Below are positions 13,043-25,811 of a stretch of DNA of 64,000 nucleotides, in pieces (position 1 is the first letter of the stretch; every line of letters starts with the position of its first letter). The stretch is from Lytechinus pictus (lineage: Eukaryota): NCBI RefSeq assembly GCF_037042905.1, contig NC_087252.1, forward strand, positions 17,858,001 through 17,922,000, read 5' to 3'. Both the position numbers and the translations under genes were made by a program. Below the pieces are notes generated by a model. That model saw only the letters and a program-made list of their open reading frames with translations. It had not been told where the DNA came from and searched no databases.

Positions 13043-13544
13043 ACCCGTACCAGGACACAGCATATACACATCGTCACTTTTGTCTAGTTCTCTCATTTTT
13101 CCTTTCTTCGTTTTATTTTTTTTTCAGTTGTATGTTTTATGTTTACCTTTCTGTATTTTATGTTTAACCTCAGTTTCTTCTTCTCTGCTCTTGAAGTCTT
13201 TAATGATTAAATGCAATGTTTTCCTCATTTTACTACTTTACTTCCTTGTCCATGTGTTCTTTTAATTTAGTATATTTTTTTTGTTTAAGTAGGCTGCAGA
13301 TAAAATCATTTGATTGTCATTATAAAAAAGAAAAAAAATGGTAAAAGTCGACTGACTGAAACTCGCTACTGTCTGCTGACAAATATTTGCACATCATGAT
13401 CATGAAGCTTATCTGCCACAAGTCATGACTTGTTATGGTTATGACCTTTGTATCAATTCAAACATTATGCAAATAGTGTGATAAGCGGCGGGATATAGAA
13501 TTTTCCTTTGGTTAAAATCAGGTACATACTGAAGGCGTGGCTTG

Positions 13545-13585
<41 letters not shown>

Positions 13586-14415
13586 GAAATAAGGCATCGT
13601 CTTCAAGATCCAGCACTATCAAACATTCATTGCTGTAACTGGTTATTATCTGACGATTCATCTGGATTGCTTAGCTTAGTAAAATATTTGTTTTAAGAAA
13701 TCCACCATAGTTTGTTCCTGCACCTAAATACGTAGTAGCTGAATTCTTGAACAGGTTGAATGGTGATTGGTGTACTACTATGTTACTTCTATGTTCAAAG
13801 GTAACATTTTTCTTCTCTTATTTCACCAAAATTCTTGTCACTTTACAACTTCCACTATCGTCTCTCTGCTATGTGTGTAAATGTAACAGACCTTTCAATG
13901 TCATACTTGACTGTACCAACTTCTGGTGGCGGACGTAATTTTTTTTTTTTCTAGGGGGAGAAGCATACATTTTTTTTCGAAGAACATCGAAAGCAAGTCA
14001 TGGGGCGCTTTTGTATTTTCTAAATTGAGATGATTCGTGCGCAACTTCAGATTTCAATATTGACGATGTCGCCGGAGTGACGCTTTGAAAAAAAATGGCG
14101 CCTATAATAGTGCCACTCTGCTACAAGGCGACTATTTTAAAATGAAGTTCCATTTTGGAGCGAATATGACAATGCAATATTCACTCCTTTTCCTTTAAAT
14201 TTCGTTTCCCTTAAGTTTCATGTTAATAGTTGTATCATTTTTAGGGATGGTTTATGTGCCTGCATTCCATATTCTATTGGCCAGTTGGTCTGTGAGTATG
14301 CAGAGTTTAGTGATATTTTGATAATATTTTTGTTAATTTCACTTTAGATTAAGCATTTCGAAAAAATATTGCCCTATAAATAGGATAATTGGTGACAACA
14401 GGAACTGTTCCTGTA

Positions 14416-14524
14416 CAGCATGGACCTATCCACGGAGGATTATTCTATTGTTACTGGGGGTGCTGAGCATTGTCACAGTACCCCCAGTAACAATAGATAC
14501 TCCTCCGTGGATAGGTCTATGCTG
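14416..14524. mobile_element. 109-bp hairpin MITE, TA TSD (Tc1/mariner-like)
   Basis: CAGCATGGACCTATCCACGGAGGA...TCCTCCGTGGATAGGTCTATGCTG, flanked by TA. Confidence 0.75.
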
Positions 14525-15298
14525 TACAAGAGCAATTGATAGGCAATTTTACGTCGAAAACAATATAAAATTTTCTCGAATATGATGCCACGAATTTAGG
14601 CGATCAATAAGGATATGAGGCTGCAAGCCATGCAATGAAATTAGAAGACATCTTCACGATCATATTGTAAATATGGTGTGGTGCATGTCTCTTGTATTAA
14701 GTTGAAAATAAATTTTATTTTAGACACAATTCCGTGTGTTATCGTTTGGAGTTAGTTAATGTATTGCCATTTCCTTGAATGATACTAACACAGCTGTTCA
14801 CGCATAGGAAAAACAACCTTTAAAAAAAAAAAATCATCATTATATTCAGATTCAGACGTCGTGTCAAATTTCACTTTTTTTACCCTTTAACCTTTCTTTT
14901 TTGGTTGTAAATATTCTGGGTGTCCTTAACCACCCTGGGCCCCTTCACTATCTGTCCGCCAGTGCGGGAAATAACAAGTTTTTAGTACTGATATATTCAT
15001 GACAGTGGGCCAGGGTGTCACTATGTAGATCGTATTAGGTAATGCAGAAGAACGCTATGTTCTAGATAATAAATTGATGTAGAACTTATGTGTGCATATT
15101 TTTTTCTCTCTGACTCTTGGATGGACTTGATTCGGGTAGTTGACAGCATCGGGTAGTGCCTGTGGTGGTTGGGGTATAACTTTGTTGAGCAGATGATCGT
15201 GAGCCCGAGAAAGAATAGTTATTGATTGGTTGATTTTATTTGCAAGGCCACAAGAAGATGACGGATTTCATCAGTAAGCTTTGACATGATAACTTGGG

Positions 15299-15825
15299 AA
15301 AGTTCGAAAGCCTGCCGGGTCCTGAAATGAACATCAATTTGGCTGTCTTAGGATCCTAAAGATGACACTGAAATATAATCCTATAAAATAATACATTGGT
15401 AATAACTTTCAAAACAAACATCTTTCTGCTTGAATGAGCACCACTTACTTTTGAAAAGTTCGTAAGAAATGATTTACGCTTTAATTATTATGATTTAACT
15501 TGGAAATAGTTATATGGATAAAACTAGACGGGGGGGGGCACATTTTCTGAGGGAAAATTTGACAAGCAAAAAAAAAAGTTTTAACAAAAAGTTAAAGTTC
15601 GAAAGCCTGCCGGGTCCTGAAATGAACATCAATTTGGCTGTCTTAGGATCCTAAAGTTGACACTGAAATATAATCCTATAAAATAATACATTTGTAATAA
15701 CTTTTAAAACAAACATCTTTCTGCTTGAATGAGCACCACTTACTTTTGAAAAGTTCGTAAGAAATGATTTACGCTTTAATTATTATGATTTAACTTGGAA
15801 ATAGTTATATGGATAAAACTAGACG
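15299..15825 (+). repeat. 232-bp direct duplication with 63-bp spacer
   Basis: 15299-15530 is nearly identical to 15594-15825. The spacer matches ~16131-16192. Confidence 0.9.
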
Positions 15826-16097
15826 TTTATCATGAAAACCTTATGGGTTTAAGCCAATAAGACTGATTTGAAAATACATACAGAACACTTCCTTGAGCGC
15901 CGATGCGCCCCTCCCCAAACACCGAGGCCATCGTCATGATATCTGCTTTACATGGAGAAGTGACTCACATGAACTGGCTTAGACTTTATTTTTCTTCTGT
16001 AAATCATTGACAAGCTTAGAAAATGTGTGGAGTAACAAGTATTAAATGAAATGTAAACCAACTTTAAATGTAAATCAACTTAGTAGAAATTGCTGAC

Positions 16098-16387
16098 CAG
16101 GAGATGTCGGATCCAAGATTTCCCAAGGGGGGGGGGGGGCACATTTTCTGAGGGAAAATTTGACAAGCCAAAAAAAAAGGTTTTTAACAAAAAATGAATG
16201 ATATTTCGTCCCCCAAAAAAATTGACAGGCAGAAAAAAAGGGTCTTCACTTTCAAAGGGGAAGGGGGGCATACTTCAGTTTTATTAGCATTTTTACATTA
16301 CAATGTTTAATTTAGCTTCTCAAAGGGGGGGGGGGGCACGGGTCGGCTGTGCCCTCCCGCCACCCCCCCCCCCTGGATCCGCCAGTG
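16098..16387. mobile_element. hAT-like MITE
   Basis: CGGATCCA near the left end and TGGATCCGCCAGTG at the right end, poly-G/C subtermini. No clear TSD. Confidence 0.55.
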
Positions 16388-17200
16388 AGCTATAGGTTGT
16401 GCATACCTACGGTAAAAATGTTAATGTGGATGGCAAATTTGATACAAAATGTAAAATGTATCGGTTTTATTTAAATTGACTGAAAGTGCAAAAGAATAAT
16501 TATAAGCAATTGTATGGCACGGTTAGTTTGTTTTCGCCGTTTCTTCCTTATACAGCGTGAAAATGAGCATTTCTGCGCAAAACGATTTCTGCGACCCTAA
16601 CAAATTGCTCACACACGTGTAACATTCTGTCACTTTTTTTTACTTTCATTTGATAGATGATACCCAAGCCCAATAATATATATGTATGAAAATAATCCAC
16701 ATGTTGTATCGTTTTCACTTCCCAGGACCACTGTAAATGTTATTTTGTATATCTAGTATTACTCATTTTGAAATTTCCTTCAAATGTTTTATATTTATTT
16801 GTCTCTGATTCGGATATACAAACTATCGAACAAACAAGTACCAACTAAAATGATTAAATACAACAGGACTTATTTGTAGGTAACATAATTGATTCCCTTA
16901 TTTGCATACCGATCAGGCCGTTGTGGTTTATTGTTTTCTGATATTAAGCGAAACTTTAACTAGCATAACAATAACTTTACTTTTCTGCATTGATCACTGT
17001 TTTCATTGGGCAGTTGGGTTAAGAAGGTGGTTTTTTTAAGCTGACGTTGCCAACGTGAATTGTTTCACGGACCCATGCCACGTTGATGTATTATTTATGA
17101 AGTTAATATGATGTATCATTTATGAAGTTATGATGTAATGAAATTTATGAAGCCAGTTTAGTTTGATTTCACTGGAAGAAGCAATAAAATAATAATTCAA

Positions 17201-17240
<40 letters not shown>

Positions 17241-17612
17241 TAATGGAAATTTGCTTTTCATAATTAAGTGATAACCTATTTTTTCTTTTCAAATTCTTCC
17301 TGGAACAAAATCATGTCCATTGTGTAGTGATGACCTTTTTTGCTTGTCAATTATTTTCTAGCAAATAATGACCTCAATTTTCAATGGATTACCCTTTTCT
17401 TGCTTGTAAAATTATTCCTGTAACAATATGCCTCCCTGGAAAATCCTGGATCCACCCCTAATTTTGACACCTCTTTAAATAATCATTTCAGTAGAAGATA
17501 TATTTTCTCATTTTTCTTTCTTTTTACCTCAGTCGACATCATAATACAGAAAGGACTAGCTACGGTCTAGTGTGAGGATTGAGTAATAGAAAGTAGATCC
17601 AGGTTCGTCGCT

Positions 17613-17795
17613 TTGGTTCGCGTTGAGAATAACAATGGAGAGGGTCGTAGCGGAGGAGGTGTGGGGTGTTATATCAAGACAAACGTAACATATAAGAGAA
17701 GTCAAGACTTTGAAGACAACTCATTAGAATTGATGTGGATTGAATTCCAACTGAGAAATCATAGACTGTACCTTCTAGGAAAAGTGTGCAGATAG
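17613..17795 (+). mobile_element. LINE (CR1/L2-type) APE endonuclease fragment
   Basis: Translation GRSGGGVGCYIKTNVTYKRSQDFEDNSLELMWIEF fits the GGGV..YI...R.D.....E..WIE pattern of non-LTR endonucleases. Confidence 0.75.
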
Positions 17796-18003
17796 ACAAC
17801 AGCTGCCTTCCATTGTACAAAAAAAAATTAAGACAAATTTGATTTGTATATTTTTGGTTCAATATATATTACAGATTTTTTTTACCGTTGATATACTAAT
17901 TGCAGTTTGAAATACTATAAGAATAAGTTCTATGCATTTGCTAGATATTTAGAGTGTTGTGCTAATTAAAAACAAAAACAAAACTTCAAAGGTAACAATA
18001 ATT

Positions 18004-19878
18004 ATGGCGACACTTGAGCACACCGTTTCGCAAAATCTAAAGTGTCCGGTTTGTTTTGATTTGCTTACTGATCCAAAACAACTGTCATGTACACATACGT
18101 TTTGTAAAAAATGTATTCGAGATATTCTGGCGTTCTCTTTACTTGAAAATATTTTGTCGTGTCCAATATGTAGAAATACTACAACTGTCGCGAATGGCGA
18201 TGTTGCAAACCTTAAAACTAACATTCCTGTTAAGTCACTTGTTGACGGCGTCAGGAATAGTAAACAGCTCTGTGACACGTGTGACAAGCAATCAAGAGCC
18301 GCACACTTCTGTTGCGATTGTGGTAAGAATATGTGTAACGCATGTCTGCAAGATCATAACAACTGGAACCCTAATCTTAAACACAAAGTAGTGAGTGTTG
18401 AGGACATCAGAGGGGGAAGGGTCGTCTTAGAGAAGAAGTTATATTGTCGGGAAAAGATACATAGAACTGAGAAGTATGAATGCACTGATGTATGCACGAC
18501 ATGTAAGAAGCTCATTTGTACGAGATGTCGTATGCTCTACCACACTCCGGAGAAAGGCCATTGTGTTAAAGATGCCGGGGAGTACACCGCCTCCATCAAA
18601 AATAGAGTTGAGACCCTACAGTCACGTGGTAAAACTAAAACTAAAACAGTCAAGAATCACATGACTTGTATTGATCATCAAATCAAACGCGTCAACTGTC
18701 ACATTGATGGGGAAAAGGCAAAAAACAACAGGATTTGCGAAGAAGCTATCAATAAAATAACAGAGAGGAATGCTACCTTGAACAAGCAACTCGATGATCA
18801 GAAAGAAAAAATAGTTAGGAGTTTATATAATATGAAAATTGATAATCAAAGGTTAGTTAAGAGTATTGAGAGTGCGAGTGAATTGTTGAGTAATAGTTTG
18901 AAAGGCCAAATAGAAGGAGATGCTGCAGCAATTTGTGATTCATTGTCATTTGAATTGAATAATGTATTAGATAGGGATAATCCAAAGAAGATGGTTGCTA
19001 TTGATGTCGGCGATCATGCAGAGGAACTGACGTTTACACCAAGCTGCGATACTGATACATTATCAATTGGGGAACTGAGGTTTGTGAAATGTAAGCCGAA
19101 ATGCAATGCAGCACTCTCAAAGAAGGACGCTATGAATGGCATAGCTGCTACCAATAATAGTATGGTAGCAGTTGGTTATAGCGAGGGGGGAATCTATATC
19201 TTCTCTCCTCATTGTCAGCTTCAGGAGGCAGTGATCAAAGACGTATGGATCGTGGACCTAGGATGCCTCTCTGATGGTTGTTATGCTGTACGCGATAGAT
19301 ATAACAAGATGTCACTGTACACATCATATGAAGAGAGACAGGATGTGACATTCGATACTCTTGGTAAGAGTGAAGGTGGAACAGGTGGTCTCGCCGTTGA
19401 CAGCAATGATCTGATCTATGTTAGCTACAGGAAAGCTAAGAAGATCCAGGTATTCTCACCATCAGGTGGCAAGGCTATGAGGGTGATACCATGCGATGGG
19501 TATGAACCAAAGCAAATCACAAGTTATGGTGATTCATTGATCGTTAAGCAGGATGACACTCAGATAGCACGTATTAATAAAAAGGGTGTTATAATGTATC
19601 AATTATTACGTAAACCTCTGGAAATACGCCTCTTTGCCGCTGTGAGTAAGGACAATACAATCCTGATTTCCTCTGTAAGATTCGAGGAAGGTCTGCTCAA
19701 TATCGATGAGTATACCGGTGAGCTCAAACACATTAGGAGTCTTATATCTGATTACAAGATTGAGAAACCTGAGAGACATTGGTATTACCTTCAACAGTTT
19801 CAATCAGGAGAGATAGCTTTCTGTACACCTGATAGGCTCTATGTATTCAACCTAGTTACTAGTAAAGTTACCTCGTAA
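18004..19878 (+). CDS. TRIM/RBCC E3 ubiquitin ligase with C-terminal NHL-like beta-propeller, copy A (624 aa, single coding exon)
   Basis: C3HC4 RING (CPVC...CTHTFCKKC...CPIC), B-box1 (CDTC...CCDC...CNAC...H...H), B-box2 (C...H...CTTC...CTRC...H...H), coiled coil, and propeller repeats (GLAVDSNDLIYVS...IQVFSPSG). ATG 18004 aligns with the start of the paralog. Confidence 0.92.
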   Translation: MATLEHTVSQNLKCPVCFDLLTDPKQLSCTHTFCKKCIRDILAFSLLENILSCPICRNTTTVANGDVANLKTNIPVKSLVDGVRNSKQLCDTCDKQSRAAHFCCDCGKNMCNACLQDHNNWNPNLKHKVVSVEDIRGGRVVLEKKLYCREKIHRTEKYECTDVCTTCKKLICTRCRMLYHTPEKGHCVKDAGEYTASIKNRVETLQSRGKTKTKTVKNHMTCIDHQIKRVNCHIDGEKAKNNRICEEAINKITERNATLNKQLDDQKEKIVRSLYNMKIDNQRLVKSIESASELLSNSLKGQIEGDAAAICDSLSFELNNVLDRDNPKKMVAIDVGDHAEELTFTPSCDTDTLSIGELRFVKCKPKCNAALSKKDAMNGIAATNNSMVAVGYSEGGIYIFSPHCQLQEAVIKDVWIVDLGCLSDGCYAVRDRYNKMSLYTSYEERQDVTFDTLGKSEGGTGGLAVDSNDLIYVSYRKAKKIQVFSPSGGKAMRVIPCDGYEPKQITSYGDSLIVKQDDTQIARINKKGVIMYQLLRKPLEIRLFAAVSKDNTILISSVRFEEGLLNIDEYTGELKHIRSLISDYKIEKPERHWYYLQQFQSGEIAFCTPDRLYVFNLVTSKVTS

Positions 19879-20143
19879 GAATATTATTTTTTGACCTTCA
19901 AGAGCCAATTAATTTCCTACTTTACAAATTCTTAAATTCACCAGTTTCAATGCTAATCTTGGTATTTATGTTTCATTAATGTCAAGAAACTTAATTCATT
20001 CCATTCGATAAAAAATAATGTAAACAATAGAATAGTAAAAGGCAAAAGTACATAATATACAATTGTTATTACATACAGAGGAGAGTAATTGAAATATGAG
20101 ACTCTGCAAAGGTTGAAAAAGAATTAAACTTCAGTTGAAGAAG

Positions 20144-20464
20144 AATCAAGGTACTGTTAGATTATTCGTGTTTCTGATTTCGAAAGGAAAAGGGAAACGA
20201 GGAGGCGCGCTCAATTTTCTGTTTCGTGAAGGTGAAACAGAAAAAGGGAAAAAGATATTTCAATTCAATGTTATGTTTCGTGAACGCGAAACAAAAAGAG
20301 GAAACGAAACTTTCAATTCAATTTTGTGTTTTCAAAAGGAAAAAAATAAAAATTATAATATGTAAAAAAAAGTCAAACGGAAGAATGAACCGTTTTTTCT
20401 GTTTTCTCGTTTTTACATCTTTCATTTTTTAATCAAAAGCAATATATCTAACGATACCTTGATT
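20144..20464. mobile_element. MITE, TIR AATCAAGGTA, ~6-bp TSD, copy-A specific
   Basis: AATCAAGGTA...TACCTTGATT flanked by AAGAAG/AGGAAG. Copy B has the empty site TTGAAGAAGCTCT at ~42908-42920. Confidence 0.8.
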
Positions 20465-21702
20465 AGGAAGCTCTGTCCAAAGCTGCACCCCATCTGTATC
20501 TTGTTTAACATAGTTTCATGCATGTGTACGTAGATTTCACTACGTCTATCTTTACCATTCTTAAAAGAATACATTTTGAGGGCTTTCCTTGAAACTCCAT
20601 TTAAGTAGAAATTAATTTAACAAAGTGACTGTTTGATGTTGCATTTTCTTTCCATTAAAATATCATTTTGCATACCCTTATTTAAAAAAAATATGTACAA
20701 GCATAAATACATGTAAATGACACCAAGCAAAATTGAAAAGTGAAACAGCAGATTACATTGATTATTCAGAAATGACTAAAACCTATATTTCATATCCAAT
20801 GTTTACTTCCTTAATGAAGAATATTCTATGACATAAACGACTGATGTTGACAACGTGACCAGTAATGAGTCTGGTGCCCTATAGTAGGCCTACGGAAGAA
20901 AAAAAATCTTTGTTGAGAATGGGGATTAATAAATACAAGTCCTAATAGTTTTATGTAATTGTAAGTGTATGTGTGTGCGTATCTTGGGGGTGGGCCAGGA
21001 ATCTTCAGGGAAATGAAATGAGGAAAAATTTAAGACTCACAAAATAAAAAATCTAAAGCAATGATTAATCGCAATAACAATTTAATACAATTAAAAACAA
21101 TCAATCGACCAATATTAGATCAATGCGGCAAAAAATCAGATGTTGGAAAATCCTGGCGAAAGTTAAACCGAATAGAATGATGGTGTATATTATTTGTAGA
21201 TTACTTCTGTTGGGGTTATAAACCCTACTTGGATGCTATGGTATGTTCATGATTTGGATGCATTTACCAGTTTGTTCATAATAATTTTCATTACATATTC
21301 CTTTTTTGTTTTCAATATTATCACTAGCATAAATAGACATCAATGAGCGATGACAACAAACATATACATATCGAATTCGATGTCAATACAAATAGAAATC
21401 ATAAGAACCACAATTCAATTCTTGTTTTTTTGTTTTTGTGTTTTATACTTGATCACATGTAAAACACTAAGTGTGTTCATATTGTAAGAAAAAAGTTGAA
21501 CAGAAGTTATACATACCACTAAACCCTTTCTATTTCCGCAGTCATTTCACCAAACAGAAAATAGAAAAAAAATATTTTATTTGCATTGTATATTATTTGG
21601 TCTCATTCATTCATTCAGTCATAAAACTAGATGGAAAATGTAAACAGTGCCCTTCCATTTATGTGTTCAAGAACATGCTAAAGTCCCATTATATATATAT
21701 AG

Positions 21703-21757
<55 letters not shown>

Positions 21758-22953
21758 TACAAGTGGTGTCCTTTTCGTGCAGTTTTGTATAAAATTTTAA
21801 CCAACTGCTGTATTTGTTTTGTTATTTTATATAGCATTTATGAAAAAGTAATTAGTATTATTAACAGGGAGACCGACGAAAGACAGGCTTGTAAAAACGC
21901 TACCAATGAAATTAGACAATTTTAAAGCAGTTGATTTCAATACAAACAATTAAAAAAGGGAAATAATAGTGAGAGCAAACGTAGAACAAACATGGAAATG
22001 GTAAAAATAAATGGATTGAAAGGAGATGCATGGTCATAAAAAATATTATAGATAAAAAACATGTATCAGGAAGGTAATGGGGCTTCCAAAGCAATGGATA
22101 AAAGAAATGAAAATGAAAAGAAAAAAGAAAGAAGGACAAAAGTGGGATGAAATAAAGGGGGAAAGAAAATAAGTTATAAGATTGTTGCCAAAAGTGCTCA
22201 GTATGGCCTTGAAAGAGATTTTTCTTGGCTGGACAAATACAGATTTTGAAAAAAACATTTCATTTTTAAGAGTGATTATTTATTTATCCTAAATTTAAAG
22301 AGTGATATTGGAGGTCATTGTCACCTCTTCTTCTTCTTCTTCTTCTTTCCTCATTTTATCCTGAATTAGTTTCATAACAAGTCTTTATCGATTATCTTAA
22401 TCTTTTCATGCATAATCATGATCGTGGTTGCGTCAGTATCAAGTGGATTTGACATACCAATTTCCTTTATACTTACGCTCAATATTTACAGCCTGAGCCT
22501 TTAGTACGGCTATTTTTATGTGTTATTTTGCTTTTTAACCTAGACGTTGTGTTATAACTGAATGCATACCACTTAAAGATGTACTTTTTGTGTTTGTTTT
22601 CTTTTCACCTGAATCCAACAAGCCCAATATACAATCGGTATATATGTATATATTGTGTATAATTATGTGTGTATATGTATATTATATGCACACACATATA
22701 TATAATATATATACACACGATTTGAACATTACCAATTAAGGATATGAATTCTTTGTCAGTGTATAAAAAAAAATTACATAATGTTGGTGTTAAAGTGAAA
22801 TGTGTCTAAATTCAAAGAAATAGAATGATTTTTTATGAGGTGTAAAAAAACATAATTTTGTTTGAATTTGAGGTAACTCGAGGCGGCAAACGTTGTAATG
22901 GAGGAATTCATAATTTACTCGAAATATAATACGATAGGACGATGGGTAATTAT

Positions 22954-23041
22954 AATAATAATAATAATAATACCAGGATTTATAAAGCGCCTTTTGCCTG
23001 ATACAAAGTACTGCTATTATTACCCCGACTTTAGCTCGAGC
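22954..23041 (-). mobile_element. 5'-truncated SINE with (TTA)n tail, copy-A specific
   Basis: Reverse complement resembles the 3' end of the SINE at 31833-32090. TSD TAATTAT (22947-22953, 23042-23048). Absent in copy B at ~53290. Confidence 0.75.
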
Positions 23042-23969
23042 TAATTATTCGTTGTTAAAGTGATACGTAAATGATTGAACTTATAAATGTTATGTAATTT
23101 TATTAATAAAAAAGAGAATAAAGAATGCAGTTTTGATGTTTTGATTATAATTCGCATAGACTCCGTTTCTATCTGATATGACGGGCTTTTTTCAATGCTA
23201 GAATAACGGCAATTCAAGCAGGCTAGAGATACATGTAATGTAGTGTATATAGTAATGATTTAATTTCATTATATTTTACGTTCACTACAACATCAATATT
23301 ATCTTTAATCTTGTCAAAAAAAATAAAAAAAAATATTCTAGCTACCTGGTGTAACTCAATGTAATCTACCAAAATTCGACGAGGTATAGGTCGTTGAATA
23401 TATATATATATATATATATATTATTATTATATATTTGTAAATAATGTACCAGTCCCATCTCTCTTAGCAATTGAACCATAATCAGAATTAACTAACTGAC
23501 AAAGAAAGGTGATGTATGATAAAAGATTACTTTCATCTTCGTGCATATTCAATGAAGATTAATTCGACGATCTATGCAAGTCGCTGATATACAAAATACA
23601 ACACAGAGGGGAAAGAATGGAGCCCTGCGGGATTCCACAGTTTGTATTTCCCAGTACTTGCACGTGATTTGCATAATTGCATACTTAGGTTGCTAATCCA
23701 TTTTTTCTTAGATAATAAATCATTTGTTCCTTCTGACAAACTCTGCATTCGCATTCATTTAGAAAGTGTAGCTGCAACGAAAGATTAGGATTGATTTTCT
23801 ATTTTGTCGTAGTGATGTTAGGTCAAGATGCTGAACGTGCGTGATGTTCAGAGTTATGCATACATTTTATGTCATTTATGTGGCTTATGGACATGGTTCT
23901 GATAATTGTGATATTGGTGACGGTGTTTATGATGGCGACCATGCTGAAGGACTAATGAAAAGAGCTAAA

Positions 23970-24215
23970 CACTGCTAAAACGCTAATGTTAATGTAACAC
24001 CTCCCTGGCATCTATTTTGGTCCACACCAGAGAGGTATTGAAACAAATCCGGTTTGGCGTTTGGTTAACACCAATTTGGCATTTAAGCAACAGCAATTAG
24101 TGTTAAACCAATATCGGTTTGATTCTTAAGTAGTCACATTGTTTCAACGCTTCTCTGCTTTGGACCAATATAGGTACCGGGCCGGTGTTAAATCAACACC
24201 GGTGTTTTTGTAGTG
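23970..24215. mobile_element. CACTG-ended MITE (shared by both copies)
   Basis: CACTGCTAAAACGCT...GTGTTTTTGTAGTG with internal TGTT/AACACC subrepeats. Paralog at 54195-54440. Confidence 0.7.
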
Positions 24216-24219
24216 TAAT

Positions 24220-24720
24220 AATGATGATAATGATAAGAAGTATATAGATAATAGTGGTAGTATCGATGGTCGTGGTGATGACGATAGCAATGATGGTGAC
24301 AGAGGCGATGATGGAGAATAAGCTGATAGTGAAAATGTTGGTGATGTTGATGGTAATAGTGATATAATTGTAGATGATAGTGAAATACACTGTAGTTCTG
24401 ATGTTGATGATGGTAATGATGATGATTAAAGTAATATGAGATGATTATAGTAATAATGGTGATGTAAATGATAGTGAAGATGTTGATGATGGTAATGGTG
24501 ATAATGTAGATGATAATGAAATGGTTCTGATGTTGATGATGGTAATGATGGTGATGGAGATAATAGAAAAGATGGTGGCAATGTCGATGATGGTAATGAT
24601 GATGATGAAGATGAAAGTGACGATGGTGGTTATGTTGATGATGGTAATGGTGATGATGGAGATGATAGTTAAAATCATGGTGATATTGATGATGGTATCA
24701 TTGTGATGGAGCTGATCGAG
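24220..24720. repeat. Degenerate (GAT/GGT)n tract
   Basis: Direct reading. Shorter paralog at 54445-54700. Confidence 0.9.
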
Positions 24721-25811
24721 AATATGGTGATGTGATATTGAAAATATTACTGGTAATGTTTCCCGTTCTGTGGGGGGGGGGGGGCTGAAATAGTGCGAGC
24801 CGATGTTAGGTGGTGCATATACCTGGCATAATGTGTCCGGCAAGAAATGAGGAACGGGATGAGAGGAGGAGGAGGGATAGGGGACAGAGATGGGACGTTC
24901 AAAATTATGCATGGGATGTCAATTTTATTCAGCTATACAAGGAGCTGGGACATTTTTTTTCATGTTTTGGCAGGAGGCCAGGTCAGATGGCCTACTGTTA
25001 TGTTAAAAATGTTGTGAACATTAAACATAGCTTCCGTTCTGGTAAGCGAAGGCAGGAAGGAAGCCAACCAAAAAGTTTCCTCTCAATGACAGTTACAAAT
25101 CATGGATTTTCTTTCTACCGTTCTGAGTAGTTACATTTTTGTATAAGTCAATGTTGAAGGGTTATCCAGGCTGAGAGTAAGGTAATTTGAATAGCCAGAT
25201 TAATTCCAAAAAAGAGCAAAAAAATCTAACAAGTATTAAATCAGGTAACGAAAGACGAAGATAATAATGGCATTAAAAAAATTACATTAATCTGGTGAAA
25301 TAATTACGATTTAAAATAATGACATAAAAGGGTAAGTTCGGATGTGAGATCATCAGCCCAGTTGCATATCCATGAACTCACGCGTAAAATTGTTTAACGA
25401 AAAATATGGAAGTGTATATTAAAAGTTACGTGTAAGTTTGTTTACTTTTACCGGAAAGTTAATGACAATTAAATATTTTGCTTGTGTAATCCTTGATTAT
25501 CAGCCTTTCATACCCCTTCAAATTTGGCGTCAGTTCGTTTTGGGAAGAGCGGAAGAGGACAAGAACTTTATCAATGATTTGTCTTAAAATTAATACGTAA
25601 GTACATACAAACACCCCACCCCTTTCTCTCCCACCGCTGATTTCGAAGGAAGGTTAAAAAGGGAGCTTTAAAACAACAATTTTTCTTGGAGATGTTTAAA
25701 TGACAATTTCTAATCAAAAGTCAGTATTATTAGATTGTTGTTTGTGACATTTTAGAATTCACTCTCTCTCCTGATTAATAACCATATATCAATTTTCTTT
25801 AAAAATGCAGT

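Noticed and set aside
14416..14524. pre-miRNA hairpin
   Set aside because: TA-flanked CAG...CTG ends fit a MITE better, and there is no expression evidence.
17959..18003. 15-aa N-terminal extension of TRIM A in the ORF track
   Set aside because: Starts at GTG and is not conserved in the paralog, which begins at the equivalent of ATG 18004.
24193..24912. I/T-rich and M/V-rich ORFs (also 10747-11049, 54369-54890, 36351-36596, 62260-62514, 52780-53137)
   Set aside because: Translations of microsatellite or low-complexity DNA.
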